DNA from: Chitinophagales bacterium
GTDB lineage: Bacteria > Bacteroidota > Bacteroidia > Chitinophagales > Chitinophagaceae
Reading direction: 5' to 3'
Length of the DNA stretch: 64,000 bases
NCBI GenBank assembly: GCA_038229695.1
Contig: JBBROE010000003.1
Span: forward strand, 16,006-80,005
A program made the position numbers and the translations under genes. Shown here piece by piece: positions 37,746-48,082 of this stretch. The first letter of the stretch is position 1; each line of letters opens with the position of its first letter. The notes under the pieces were generated by a model. The model was not told the origin of the DNA, made no database searches, and saw nothing but the letters and a program-made list of their open reading frames with translations.

Positions 37746-38255
37746 TTAAAGGTATTTACCGGTGATGATTGCAAGGTGATGCTGTACGTGACCCGCCAGG
37801 ATGAAGCCGAGGGCGAGGGCGTTTACGGGACGGTCGTTGCTGGTGCCCTGGAAAAGCAGCTGATCCTCCGTAAAACTCGCAAAGAGCATTTCCGAGGCTG
37901 TTCTCACGGCGCGGAACTCCGCCAGCAGGTCATTCCACGGCCGCTTGTTTTTATTGGCGGCTGCAGCCCAATGTTCCTCGTCGAAGCCGGCGAGGGGAGT
38001 AGGGTCCAGGCGTGCCATGCGGAGTGCCCGGTAGGTAAAAACGCGCTCGGCATCGATGAGGTGCTGCAACAGTTCAGCGAGGGTCCATTTGCCGGGAGCA
38101 TAGGCGAATTGCTGTTTACCAGCCGGGACATTCGACAATACCCGGTTAAACGCCTGCGTATTGGCGCGGATAGCCTCCAGCATATTCCCGGCGGGGGCCT
38201 TTTCGATATAATTGAGGAACGGGCCCGATGCAATGATGCCTTCTTTGCCTGTCAT
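37746..38255 (-). CDS. DinB-family (DinB_2) four-helix-bundle protein
   Basis: ..YAPGKWTLAELLQHLIDAERVFTYRA.. and C-terminal ..ILAGHVQHHLAII.. (His triad pattern). Confidence 0.8.
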   Translation of the reverse strand: MTGKEGIIASGPFLNYIEKAPAGNMLEAIRANTQAFNRVLSNVPAGKQQFAYAPGKWTLAELLQHLIDAERVFTYRALRMARLDPTPLAGFDEEHWAAAANKNKRPWNDLLAEFRAVRTASEMLFASFTEDQLLFQGTSNDRPVNALALGFILAGHVQHHLAIITGKYL

Positions 38256-38429
38256 TTTTTTACTGCAAAGCTAAAGCGCCCGGCGGATATTCCGCCGGTG
38301 ATTTTTTGCTTCGCCGATGCGTTGCTGCTGTACAAGGGAGTGACACCACTGCGGCTGACCAGGGTGCTGCTGCCGGCTCAAAAAAAAGCTCCCGTTTACA
38401 GGAGCTCTTATTACGACGTGTTCGGGTCG

Positions 38430-40142
38430 TTATCCTTTACTTTCTTTTTTCAGGGTTGATTTAGGCAGCTTTTTTGCAGGAGGCGCACCAGATGTAAGCG
38501 TAGCTGCTACCTTCGCGGCTTCGTAGGCATTGAGCAGGCCGCCGGTCTTGCAGAGCGTAGATAAATCAACCAGGTTTTCCGCGCCCGGTTTTTTTACTTT
38601 AACGCCGGGATTGACCGCCGACTGCTCCAGGCAGTATTTAAGTTGCTGGGCCGTAAGTGTTGGAAAATATTCCAGCAGGAAGGCTGCGGTGCCCACCACG
38701 ATAGGCGACGAAAAGCTGGTTCCCTGGGAGGTGCTGTACGTATTGCCACCGGGAGAAGTGCTGTAGATTTTCACGCCGGGTGCGAAGAGATCCACATTCT
38801 TTTTTCCATAGTTGGAGAAGGAGGCCACGAGCCCGCCTTCATTGGCATCGCTGGGATCGCCGCTTGCCCCGACAGTGATGTAATTGGCGGCGGTGGTATG
38901 GTCTGCCCGGAGACGCGGGTTGGGGAAATTGTCAGCGGTATCTACGTTTTCTGAACTGTTGCCGGCAGCCTGAACCAGCAGCACACCTTTGCTTTCGGCA
39001 TATTTAACCGCTTCATCCACCCATTTTTTATCGGGAGAAAAGCTTTTTCCAAAACTCATGTTTACAATGCTGGCGCCGTTGTCGGTAGCATAGCGGATGG
39101 CGAGGGCGATATCTTTATCGTGCTCATCACCATCCGGAACCGCGCGGATCATCATGATGCGGACATTATCCGCTATCCCGTTTACGCCGATGTTGTTGTT
39201 GCGGTTAGCGCCGATGATCCCGGATACGAAAGTGCCGTGAAATGGGGTGCCCGCCATCACGTCGGGGTTGCCATAATATTTGTCGTTGATGTCATTCTCG
39301 TTGTCTTTAACGATTTCACCCCGGTAATTTTCCGGTGCTTTACCTGCGGCCTCTTTTTTTCTTACCTGGCCGGTGACATATTCCTTAAATCCATCAGACA
39401 GGTCTTTGTTGGTGGTGGTCATATCGCTTTTGGTAGCCTGGAAGAGGTACAGGTAACCGCTGCGGGCTTTAGATTCTTCCGGTGATTTGGGAATGAAGGC
39501 CTGCAGTTCTGCCCCGGTAAATTCTTTTTTACCCAGGTAGCCCTGCATAAGGCTGTCACTTTTAAGCGTGGACTCCAGGGCCCGCTGGAGAAATACGAGG
39601 TCTACCTGCTGGCTGCCCTCGTCGTCGCCACCTTCGATGTTTACCCTTGCTTTCTTCCACATGCCGTATTGTTCTTTGTCATCGCTGCTCATGGTGGTCG
39701 TGTCTACCTGTTTGCCGCTGTACAGCTCTTTGAAGCGGTAGTAAACGCGGGCGCCCTCGTAAGAATCTTCTTTTACATTGCGGCCATCTTTTCCGCCCAG
39801 GAAGTTCCAGCCATACACGTCGTCAATATAACCGTTGTGATCATCGTCGATCCCGTTGCCGGGTATCTCACCGGGATTGGTCCACAGGATGCCTTTCAGA
39901 TCTTCATGCAGGGTATCGACACCGGAGTCGATGACCGCTACGATGACGGTTTTGCTCTTTAATTTTTTAGCGTGTACAAAGTCGTACGCCTTGTCCAGGC
40001 TGATGCCGTAGTAGCCATCGTTCTCGTGATCGAGCAGGTGCCAGCCTTTCGGTAAACTTTTAAAGCCCGTACCCTGGGCAAAGCCCTGCTGCCCGGCTAT
40101 TACAAGAAAAAGCGCGGCACATAGTTTCAGCATTATTTTCAT
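38430..40142 (-). CDS. secreted subtilisin-like serine protease (peptidase S8)
   Basis: The track ORF starts at TTG 40145; ATG is at 40142 (MKIMLKL..). Catalytic triad contexts VAVIDSGVD (Asp), HGTFVSGIIGA (His), GTSFSSPIV (Ser). Confidence 0.9.
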   Translation of the reverse strand: MKIMLKLCAALFLVIAGQQGFAQGTGFKSLPKGWHLLDHENDGYYGISLDKAYDFVHAKKLKSKTVIVAVIDSGVDTLHEDLKGILWTNPGEIPGNGIDDDHNGYIDDVYGWNFLGGKDGRNVKEDSYEGARVYYRFKELYSGKQVDTTTMSSDDKEQYGMWKKARVNIEGGDDEGSQQVDLVFLQRALESTLKSDSLMQGYLGKKEFTGAELQAFIPKSPEESKARSGYLYLFQATKSDMTTTNKDLSDGFKEYVTGQVRKKEAAGKAPENYRGEIVKDNENDINDKYYGNPDVMAGTPFHGTFVSGIIGANRNNNIGVNGIADNVRIMMIRAVPDGDEHDKDIALAIRYATDNGASIVNMSFGKSFSPDKKWVDEAVKYAESKGVLLVQAAGNSSENVDTADNFPNPRLRADHTTAANYITVGASGDPSDANEGGLVASFSNYGKKNVDLFAPGVKIYSTSPGGNTYSTSQGTSFSSPIVVGTAAFLLEYFPTLTAQQLKYCLEQSAVNPGVKVKKPGAENLVDLSTLCKTGGLLNAYEAAKVAATLTSGAPPAKKLPKSTLKKESKG

Positions 40143-40316
40143 CAATGGTAATGTTTAATATGTAAGAATTAAAGTAGCCTGTAAAAATAGAAAAAACAAT
40201 GTTACACAGTTGTAAAAAAAGCCGGTGCCGGTCCGCCGCGCTGCTTTAAGCCGGAGGATTTGGGAAAATCTTGTGAAAGCCCGGTGACCTGTGGAAGAAA
40301 GAACCGGGAAAACGAC

Positions 40317-40341
40317 AAAGACCCGCAACAGGCGGGCCTTT
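40317..40341 (-). terminator. probable terminator of the OmpA-family gene
   Basis: Minus strand reads AAAGgCCCGC-ctgtt-GCGGGtCTTT followed by GTCGTTTT, 15 nt after the stop. One mismatch in the stem. Confidence 0.4.
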
Positions 40342-40355
40342 GTAAGAAAGTAATT

Positions 40356-41882
40356 TTATTTAAGTTTCAGTTCTACGCGCCGGTTCTTTTTCCTGCCTTC
40401 CGTGGTGTCGTTGCCGGCAACCGGGTTGGCACGTCCGTATCCTTTTGTAACGATGCGATCGGGGCTAATGTCTTTTGATACCAGGTAGTCTTTTACCGCC
40501 CGGGCCCGTTTGTCCGACACCGAAAGATTGATGGCTTCGCTGCCGGTGTTGTCGGTATAGCCAGCCACTTCCAGGGTAAGCCGGGGATTATCGGTGAGTA
40601 TCGTTACCACGGCATTGAGTGACGCGAAAGAGGTGGGCAATAACTCCGCGCTGTTGCTGGCGAAGAAAATGTTCCGAGCCGCAAAATTTACTTGTTTACG
40701 GATTTCTTCTTTGATAACGGGGCAGCCTGCATTGTCAGCGGTTCCGGGCTGGTCGGGGCACTTATCGGCTTCATCGCTGATGCCATCATGGTCTTTATCC
40801 GGAACGGGGCAGCCTTTGTATTTCAGCAGGCCGGCTACCGTGGGGCAGCTGTCTTCCTCGTCGTTGATTCCATCGTGATCGGTATCCGGGATGGGGCATC
40901 CGTTGTATTTGGGAAGCCCGGCAACGGTTGGGCATTTGTCCGCTTCATCGTTAATGCCATCCTGATCCGTATCGGGTACCGGGCATCCTGAATATTTTAC
41001 AGTACCCGCGATGTCGGGGCATTTATCGGCTTTATCGGCGATGCCGTCGCCGTCTTTGTCGGGGCAACCTTTCGTAATGGATGCGCCAGCCTGGAGCGGG
41101 CAGGCATCCTGATCGTCCGGTATCCCGTCTTTATCGCGGTCCCGGATTACGATTGCTTCTTTGGTCTGGCCAAGCCAGATGCCGAGAGATGCGCCAATAA
41201 CACGGTGATGAAAAGTTCCGGTGTAGGCGGCGGTATAGAGGTTATCGAGTCCCTGGCTGAGGAATCCGGATAGGGTGACGTTGCCGAATTCGAACCCGGC
41301 CCTGCCGTTTACCCCATAGCCGAACGTGCTGTATCCATTTTCTTTTTTACCGACTTCCAGGGTTTCCGTGCTGTTGGTCACTTTATTGCTGCTTTGTGTG
41401 CTGCTGGAAAACTGGTCGTTTTCATTGACGGTACTCTTTCCGCTGTAAAACAGCGACAGGTAAGGACCTGCTGCCAGCAGGAAACTGCTTGTTTTTTTGC
41501 GGTTAAGGGGAAGCTTCACCGCAAAGTTCAGCGGGATGTCGATGTATTGTATCGCCAGCTGCCGGTTGCTGTAATAACTATTGAAAGTATCCAGGGAACT
41601 GTATTGATAAGATTTGAGGTAGTTCCTGCCTTTCTGGGTGTAGAGCACTGCCGGCTCAAAGAAGAACCGGCCAGTTGTTCCGACAGGAATTTCGGACACG
41701 ATACCGATATGAAAACCACTCTTGCTGCTGTAATACGGACCTGATGCCGTATCCCAGCCGGGGAGGCTGTTTTTTTCATTGATGCTGGCCGACTGCGGGC
41801 CGCCCATCAACCCGATTTTTACCTGGGCAGATGCGGCAGTCATGAAAAAAAGAAAGGAAAGCAAAAAGCAGTTTTTTGCCAT
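40356..41882 (-). CDS. OmpA-family outer-membrane protein with thrombospondin type-3 (Ca-binding) repeats
   Basis: N-terminal beta-barrel region, five D.D.DGI.D..D.CP repeats (e.g. CPVPDTDQDGINDEADKCP), and a C-terminal OmpA domain (..LEVAGYTDNTGSEAINLSVSDKRARAV..NRRVELKLK). Confidence 0.9.
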   Translation of the reverse strand: MAKNCFLLSFLFFMTAASAQVKIGLMGGPQSASINEKNSLPGWDTASGPYYSSKSGFHIGIVSEIPVGTTGRFFFEPAVLYTQKGRNYLKSYQYSSLDTFNSYYSNRQLAIQYIDIPLNFAVKLPLNRKKTSSFLLAAGPYLSLFYSGKSTVNENDQFSSSTQSSNKVTNSTETLEVGKKENGYSTFGYGVNGRAGFEFGNVTLSGFLSQGLDNLYTAAYTGTFHHRVIGASLGIWLGQTKEAIVIRDRDKDGIPDDQDACPLQAGASITKGCPDKDGDGIADKADKCPDIAGTVKYSGCPVPDTDQDGINDEADKCPTVAGLPKYNGCPIPDTDHDGINDEEDSCPTVAGLLKYKGCPVPDKDHDGISDEADKCPDQPGTADNAGCPVIKEEIRKQVNFAARNIFFASNSAELLPTSFASLNAVVTILTDNPRLTLEVAGYTDNTGSEAINLSVSDKRARAVKDYLVSKDISPDRIVTKGYGRANPVAGNDTTEGRKKNRRVELKLK

Positions 41883-41965
41883 AGGATATTTGTTTTACAA
41901 CACTTTAGTCAGGGTTAATCAACGCATTTTGGGGGCTTTTATTTTACCCTTTGGTGTGTCGTTCT

Positions 41966-43492
41966 TTAAACGGTGAATTTAATACCCTGGGCAAGGGGAA
42001 GCTGGTTGCTGTAATTGATGGTGTTGGTCTGGCGTCGCATGTAAATCTTCCAGGCATCGCTGCCGCTTTCCCGTCCGCCTCCCGTTTCTTTTTCTCCCCC
42101 GAACGCGCCCCCGATTTCGGCGCCGCTGGTGCCGATGTTCACGTTGGCGATGCCACAGTCGCTCCCGTTCTGCGAAAGGAACAGCTCTGCCTCGCGTAGG
42201 TTGTTGGTTATGATGGCTGACGAAAGGCCCTGGGGAACTTCATTCTGGATGGCGATTGCTTCTTCCAGGGTACGGTACCGGGTGAGGTAAAGAATGGGGG
42301 CAAAGGTTTCCTGCTGTACCACGGGGAGGTCGTGTGCCACTTCGGCCACGCAGGGCTGTACATAACAGCCGCTTTCGTAACCCGGTCCGGCGAGCACTTT
42401 ACCCTCCACGACAAATTTTCCTCCCTGGGCTTTTACGATTTCTATGGCAGCCGAGTAAGCCGCTACCGCATCCTGGTCGATCAGCGGCCCCACGTGGTTA
42501 CCGGGTTCCAGCGGGTTGCCGATTTTCAGCTGCCCGTAGGCGTGAACCAGGCGGTCCCGGAAACTGTCGTATACCGATTCGTGGATGATAAGGCGCCGGG
42601 TGGTCGTACAACGTTGCCCGGCGGTGCCCACAGCACCAAATACGCAGCCGGTGAGGGCGATGCCCTGGTCTGCATCGGGTGTAATGATGATGGCATTATT
42701 GCCTCCCAGTTCCAGGAGGCTTTTGCCGAGGCGTGCAGCGACCGCCGTACTAACGGCCTTGCCCATGCGCGTTGAGCCGGTGGCCGAAATGAGGGGGATC
42801 CGGTTATCCGCGCTGAGCCACTGGCCAACATCACTGCGGCCATTGACGAGGCTGCTGACGCCCTCAGGTACGCCGTTATCCCGGAAGACTTTCGCGGTCA
42901 GCAATTGGCAGGCAACAGCGCAAAGCGGTGTTTTTTCGCTGGGCTTCCAGATGGTGACGTTGCCGCAGACCCAGGCCAGCATGCTGTTCCAGCTCCAGAC
43001 GGCTACGGGGACATTGAATGCGGAAATGATGCCTACGAGGCCAAGCGGGTGGTATTGATCATACATGCGGTGGCCGGGACGTTCACTATGCAGGGTAACG
43101 CCATGCAGCTGTCTCGAGAGGCCCACCGCGAAATCGCAGATGTCGATCATCTCCTGCACTTCGCCCCATCCCTCCTGCAGGCTTTTACCCATTTCCGTTG
43201 AGACGAGCCTGCCGAGCTGATCTTTTTCGCGCCGCAGCGCATCGCCGATTTGACGTACCACGTCGCCACGCTTCGGCGCAGGCCATTGCCGCCAGCTGAG
43301 AAATGCTTCCTGCGCTTTTGCCACCACGCGATCGTAGGAGGCCCGGCCGGTGAGCGACACTTCACCCAGCAGGCTGCCATCCACCGGGGAATGGGAAGCC
43401 AGCCATTCTTCAGCATCGAGCCAGGTATCGCCGGTAGAAGTTCCGGGCTGTCTGTCCTTCAGCCCCAGGGCTGCAGTAAAACTGTTGTTCAT
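41966..43492 (-). CDS. ALDH7-type aldehyde dehydrogenase (piperideine-6-carboxylate / aminoadipate-semialdehyde dehydrogenase-like)
   Basis: GEVQEMIDICDFAVGLSRQLHG.., AFNVPVAVWSWN, ELGGNNA, and catalytic Cys in GTAGQRCTTTRR closely mirror antiquitin-family sequences. Confidence 0.88.
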   Translation of the reverse strand: MNNSFTAALGLKDRQPGTSTGDTWLDAEEWLASHSPVDGSLLGEVSLTGRASYDRVVAKAQEAFLSWRQWPAPKRGDVVRQIGDALRREKDQLGRLVSTEMGKSLQEGWGEVQEMIDICDFAVGLSRQLHGVTLHSERPGHRMYDQYHPLGLVGIISAFNVPVAVWSWNSMLAWVCGNVTIWKPSEKTPLCAVACQLLTAKVFRDNGVPEGVSSLVNGRSDVGQWLSADNRIPLISATGSTRMGKAVSTAVAARLGKSLLELGGNNAIIITPDADQGIALTGCVFGAVGTAGQRCTTTRRLIIHESVYDSFRDRLVHAYGQLKIGNPLEPGNHVGPLIDQDAVAAYSAAIEIVKAQGGKFVVEGKVLAGPGYESGCYVQPCVAEVAHDLPVVQQETFAPILYLTRYRTLEEAIAIQNEVPQGLSSAIITNNLREAELFLSQNGSDCGIANVNIGTSGAEIGGAFGGEKETGGGRESGSDAWKIYMRRQTNTINYSNQLPLAQGIKFTV

Positions 43493-43668
43493 GGTACATT
43501 GCTTATGGCTGCAAGATAACTAAAAGCCCGGCAGCGGCTTTTCCCTTACGGGCACTGCCGCCCGGTTGAAAATTTAAACGCTTTGTAAATTGATCTTATA
43601 TTTAAGGGCAGCAAACCGCCGCGGTATTCTATGGTGAAACCAGGATGCTGAAAAAAAATTGATTGCTT

Positions 43669-45018
43669 ATGCAGTTGAAAAAGCCGTCCCTTACGTTCTG
43701 GCAGATCGTTAATATGAATGTTGGTTTTTTCGGCATTCAGTACAGTTTCGGATTACAGCAGACTGCTATCAACCCGCTTTATACATTCCTCCATGCAAAA
43801 CCGGAAAGCCTGCCCCTCCTCAACCTGGCCGGGCCGATGACGGGATTACTGATACAACCGCTTATCGGGGCAATCACTGACAAAACCTGGCATCCGAGGT
43901 TTGGCCGCCGTAAACCCTTTTTCCTGGTAGGCGCTATTTTCTGCAGTCTCTGTCTTTTTGCGTTTCCCTTCAGCAGCGCCCTGTGGATGGCTGTGGGCCT
44001 GTTGTGGATCCTGGATGCGGCGAACAATACCGCCATGGAACCTTACCGCGCCTTTATTGCCGATAAACTGCCGGCGGAACAGCGCCCGCTGGGCTTCCTG
44101 ACCCAGAGCTTTTTTACCGGTTTCGGCATTACCCTGGCCAATGTGTCGCTGTTTCTTTTCCAGAAGACTATCCACGGTGAAACCAAAACGGCAGATGGGC
44201 AGACGGGCATTCCCTACTGGGTATACGGGTCGTTTTTCGTGGGGGCATTTTGTTCAATCGCATCGGTGTTGTGGTCGGTGATCAAGACGCCCGAGATACC
44301 CCCTACGGCCGAAGAACTGCGGTTGCTCAGGTCGCAGCCCAGGGGACTGCTGGAGCCGCTGAAGGAAATTTTGTCTGCGATTGGAGAAATGCCAAAACTG
44401 TTGTGGCAGCTGGCGCTGGTTTACCTCTTCCAGTGGTATGCGATGTTTTGTTACTGGCAGTTTATCTCGCACAGCATTGCGAAATCTGTTTACCATACCA
44501 CGGCAGCCGCCAACCCGGCGCTGTATGAGGAGGCTGTGGGGTTGACAGGGCTCGTCAACGGCTTTTATAATGTGGTCACTTTTCTGTCGGCATTTTCGCT
44601 GGTTTGGCTGGCCAAAAAATATACCGCCAAGTACGTCCATGTCACCTGCCTGGCGCTGGCAGCAATCTCCCTTTTTATCCTGCCGGGGATCCATAACAAA
44701 TATTTCCTGTTTGCGCCCATGATTGGATTCGGGATTGCCTGGGCCAGTATGATGGGGGTGCCGTATATCATGGTGGTGAACAGTATTCCGAAAGCGCGAT
44801 ACGGTGTTTATATGGGCATTGTTAATATGATGATAGTGGTACCGATGATTCTGCAAACGTTGTCGTTCGGGTTTATCTATGAACATTTTCTGGGCAGCAA
44901 TCCAAACCGCGTGATGATCTTTGCCGGCGGCTTGCTGCTTTGTGCATCGTTGGCCACCCTGCGCATTAAACCCACTGCGGTGACGGAAGAAATCCTTTTG
45001 CCCGTGGGCGGCCATTAA
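43669..45018 (+). CDS. MFS transporter of the GPH/SLC45 (sucrose-H+ symporter-like) type
   Basis: The track ORF starts at TTG 43663; ATG is at 43669 ([13 protein letters not shown]..). 12 TM segments, [13 protein letters not shown] motif. Sits in a sucrose-related context. Confidence 0.85.
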   Translation: MQLKKPSLTFWQIVNMNVGFFGIQYSFGLQQTAINPLYTFLHAKPESLPLLNLAGPMTGLLIQPLIGAITDKTWHPRFGRRKPFFLVGAIFCSLCLFAFPFSSALWMAVGLLWILDAANNTAMEPYRAFIADKLPAEQRPLGFLTQSFFTGFGITLANVSLFLFQKTIHGETKTADGQTGIPYWVYGSFFVGAFCSIASVLWSVIKTPEIPPTAEELRLLRSQPRGLLEPLKEILSAIGEMPKLLWQLALVYLFQWYAMFCYWQFISHSIAKSVYHTTAAANPALYEEAVGLTGLVNGFYNVVTFLSAFSLVWLAKKYTAKYVHVTCLALAAISLFILPGIHNKYFLFAPMIGFGIAWASMMGVPYIMVVNSIPKARYGVYMGIVNMMIVVPMILQTLSFGFIYEHFLGSNPNRVMIFAGGLLLCASLATLRIKPTAVTEEILLPVGGH

Positions 45019-45035
45019 CCAGGCAAACAACAGTT

Positions 45036-45986
45036 ATGAAAATTATATGTATCGGGGAGGCGCTCATTGATCTCATATGCACAGACAAAGGCAGCTCGCT
45101 GAGCGACGGACAGCACTTCCTGAAAAAACCCGGGGGTGCACCCACCAATGTTGCGGCCGCAATTGCTGCACTGGGCGGAACGGTGGAACTGGCAGCTAAA
45201 GTGGGGAATGATCCGTTCGGTAAATACCTGATTTCGGTAATGAAAGACTTTGGGGTATCCACCCGTTGGATGCTGCAGGACGACAGCCATTTTACGACGT
45301 TTGCGTTTGTGTCGCTGATGGAAGACGGGGAGCGCGATTTTGTCTTCAACCGTGGGGCGGACGGGCAGCTGAGCCGCGAGGAGATAGAGGATATTGACCT
45401 GGACGATGTGTCGATCATCCATTTCGGATCAGCGACCGCTTTTCTGCCCGGGCCCTTGCAGGCTGCCTACCAGCAGCTGCTGCAGCAGGCGCTCCAGCGA
45501 AATATCTTCATCAGCTTCGACCCCAACTATCGCCACCTGCTTTTCCGCAATAATATTGAAACGTTTATTGACCAGTCTTGGAACTTTCTCAAGGCTTGTC
45601 ATTTCTTTAAGCTGAGCGATGAAGAAGCGATGCTTATCACGGGCGCACTGACACTGGATGATGCCGTGAACGTGCTGGTGAAAAATACGACGGCCGTGTT
45701 TACGATAACCCTTGGTAAAGACGGTACGTTGCTGGGTTTCGGGCAGGAAACCTCTGTGGTGCCAAGTATCAAAGTGAACCCGGTAGACACCACCGGGGCC
45801 GGCGACGCCTTTGTGGGCGCCTTACTGTACCAACTGAGGGATCATACCCTGTCCGTCATCAGGAACCTCGACCGGCCCGCCTGGGAGCACCTGGTAGAGA
45901 ATGCCAATAAAGCAGGTGCGCGTACCTGTGAGTACCTCGGTGCCATGGAAGCCTTTAAACACCTGAGCAGTAAAATTTTTAATTAG
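45036..45986 (+). CDS. PfkB-family sugar kinase (fructokinase-like)
   Basis: MKIICIGEALIDLI.., GGAPTNVAAAIAALGG, DTTGAGDAFVGALL (PfkB signatures). Confidence 0.85.
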   Translation: MKIICIGEALIDLICTDKGSSLSDGQHFLKKPGGAPTNVAAAIAALGGTVELAAKVGNDPFGKYLISVMKDFGVSTRWMLQDDSHFTTFAFVSLMEDGERDFVFNRGADGQLSREEIEDIDLDDVSIIHFGSATAFLPGPLQAAYQQLLQQALQRNIFISFDPNYRHLLFRNNIETFIDQSWNFLKACHFFKLSDEEAMLITGALTLDDAVNVLVKNTTAVFTITLGKDGTLLGFGQETSVVPSIKVNPVDTTGAGDAFVGALLYQLRDHTLSVIRNLDRPAWEHLVENANKAGARTCEYLGAMEAFKHLSSKIFN

Positions 45987-46000
45987 CCAATTGCCATACC

Positions 46001-47941
46001 GTGTACAATTATCGTTTGCACCAGCAGGTTAATGCCATCCTCGCGGAACTACCCATCTTTGACCGGGATGTTACGTTTGCCAGCCGCTTCGCCGCTAACA
46101 CAACAGCCATCCACAGTCTTTTTATGGGGTTGTATGGCCACCGTGCTGATGCCGGGGTATATTATTCCAGCCTGCTGCAGACTATTGCAAAAGCGTACGT
46201 GGAAAGATCGGCACAGCTGCGGCTAAGGGACGATCAGAAAGAGGCCACGGGGCATTGGTTCCTCAGCAATGATATTGTGGGCATGAGCCTGTATGCCGAC
46301 CGGTTCAGCGAAAACCTGCCCGGGCTCCGGGACAACCTGGCGTACTTCACGGAGCTCGGCGTAAATTTTTTGCACCTGATGCCCGTGTTTAAAAGTCCAC
46401 CCGGCGAAAGTGACGGGGGATACGCCGTATCTGACTTCCGGGAAGTGGATGAGCGTTTCGGTACGATCGAAGATCTGCGCGAACTGCGGCAGGCGATGGG
46501 TGAGGAGAATATGTACCTGATGATCGACATTGTGCTCAATCATACTTCGCACCGGCACGAGTGGGCGAAGCGGGCTGTAGCCGGGGATTCGGAGTACCAG
46601 GATTATTATTATTTTTTCCCCGACCGGACCATGCCCGATAGGTTTGATGAAACTATGCCTGATATATTTCCCGCCTCCTCGCCGGGCAATTTTACCTATG
46701 TCGCTGCGCTCGATAAATGGGTCATGACCGTCTTCCACCGGTACCAGTGGGATCTCAATTACAGTAACCCCGCGGTTTTCATCGCGATGCTGGACAATAT
46801 ATTTTTTTATGCCAACCTGGGTGTAGACATCCTTCGGATTGATGCCCCTGCATTTATCTGGAAAGAACCGGGGACAACCTGCCAGAACCTGCCCAATGCG
46901 CATAACCTGCTCCGCCTCATCAGGCAGTGTGTACAGGTGGCTGCCCCCGGCATGGCCCTGCTGGGCGAAGCGATTGTTGCCCCTGCACAGATCATGCAAT
47001 ACTTTGGTACCGGCCTGTACACCGCGCGGGAATGCGACTTCGCCTACAACGCCACGCAAATGGCCTTACAATGGGATGCCCTGGCGACCGGTAACACGCA
47101 GGTGATGCTGACTGCCCAGCATGAATTGCTGCAGAAGCCGTACGGTACCTCGTGGATAACGTATACCCGCTGTCACGATGATATCGGCCTGGGTTATGAC
47201 GATGACATGATCAGGATGGCGGGGTTCAGCCCGTATGAGCACCGTAAATTTTTAAAGGAATATTATTCCGGCAGCTACCCGGGATCACCGGCTACCGGCG
47301 CGCTCTTTTCTGTCAATCCAAAAACACAGGATGCGCGGATCAGCGGTACGCTGGCATCATTGTGCGGGCTGGAGCAGGCGCTGGCGGACGGCAATGACCT
47401 GCTGCGCGAAAACGCGTTACGGCGGATTTTGCTGATGCAGGCCATGAGTTTTTTCCTCGGGGGCATTCCCATGCTTTTCTCGGGTGATGAACTGGGCTAT
47501 ACGAATGACTATTCTTTCGAAAATGATCCGGGTATGAGTTATGACAACCGCTGGATGCACAGGCCTGCCATGAGCTGGCGCCGCAATGAAAACAGAAATG
47601 TGCCGGGTACCCCCGAATACAGCCTTTTCACTGCCACGAAGCGGCTGATTCAAATCAGGAAAAAATTGCCGGTGACGGGCGACTACAGCAACATCACCTG
47701 GATCTCTCCCCACAGCATACACGTAGCTGCTTTCGTCCGCGACCTGCAGGACAAGCGTTTATGCTGTGTCTTTAATTTTAGCCGTGAAACGGTCCGGATG
47801 ACCTGGTACGTCTTCAAACAATATGGTGCGGTGCCGGTGAACCTGTACGAACACTACAGCGAAAAACTTTTCACGGTAGGGCCGGATAATGAATTTCTTG
47901 AACTGGCTCCCTACCAGTTTATGCTGCTTGAGCCGGCATAG
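46001..47941 (+). CDS. amylosucrase (GH13 sucrose glucosyltransferase)
   Basis: GTG start. Long collinear similarity to Neisseria amylosucrase as I remember it: SDGGYAVSDFREVDERFGTIEDLREL, NHTSHRHEWA, FPDRTMPDRFDETMPDIFP, YQWDLNYSNP, GVDILRIDAPAFIWKEPGTTCQNLPNAH, RCHDDIG. Confidence 0.85.
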   Translation: MYNYRLHQQVNAILAELPIFDRDVTFASRFAANTTAIHSLFMGLYGHRADAGVYYSSLLQTIAKAYVERSAQLRLRDDQKEATGHWFLSNDIVGMSLYADRFSENLPGLRDNLAYFTELGVNFLHLMPVFKSPPGESDGGYAVSDFREVDERFGTIEDLRELRQAMGEENMYLMIDIVLNHTSHRHEWAKRAVAGDSEYQDYYYFFPDRTMPDRFDETMPDIFPASSPGNFTYVAALDKWVMTVFHRYQWDLNYSNPAVFIAMLDNIFFYANLGVDILRIDAPAFIWKEPGTTCQNLPNAHNLLRLIRQCVQVAAPGMALLGEAIVAPAQIMQYFGTGLYTARECDFAYNATQMALQWDALATGNTQVMLTAQHELLQKPYGTSWITYTRCHDDIGLGYDDDMIRMAGFSPYEHRKFLKEYYSGSYPGSPATGALFSVNPKTQDARISGTLASLCGLEQALADGNDLLRENALRRILLMQAMSFFLGGIPMLFSGDELGYTNDYSFENDPGMSYDNRWMHRPAMSWRRNENRNVPGTPEYSLFTATKRLIQIRKKLPVTGDYSNITWISPHSIHVAAFVRDLQDKRLCCVFNFSRETVRMTWYVFKQYGAVPVNLYEHYSEKLFTVGPDNEFLELAPYQFMLLEPA

Positions 47942-48082
47942 CGGGTTGTGCACCCGGCTGGTTGTACAGGCACTTCGCTGTCCATTTATTTCCATTTGCT
48001 TTTCTTAATGAAAATAAAATGATAACTATGCACGCAATGCAGGTTCATCACATCTATATTTTCCCACCCGCAAAGTACCGCC

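Noticed and set aside
37605-38459. A 284-aa plus-strand ORF.
   Set aside because: It is antisense to the DinB-family gene and overlaps the 3' end of the S8 protease gene. It has no motifs and no sensible start context.
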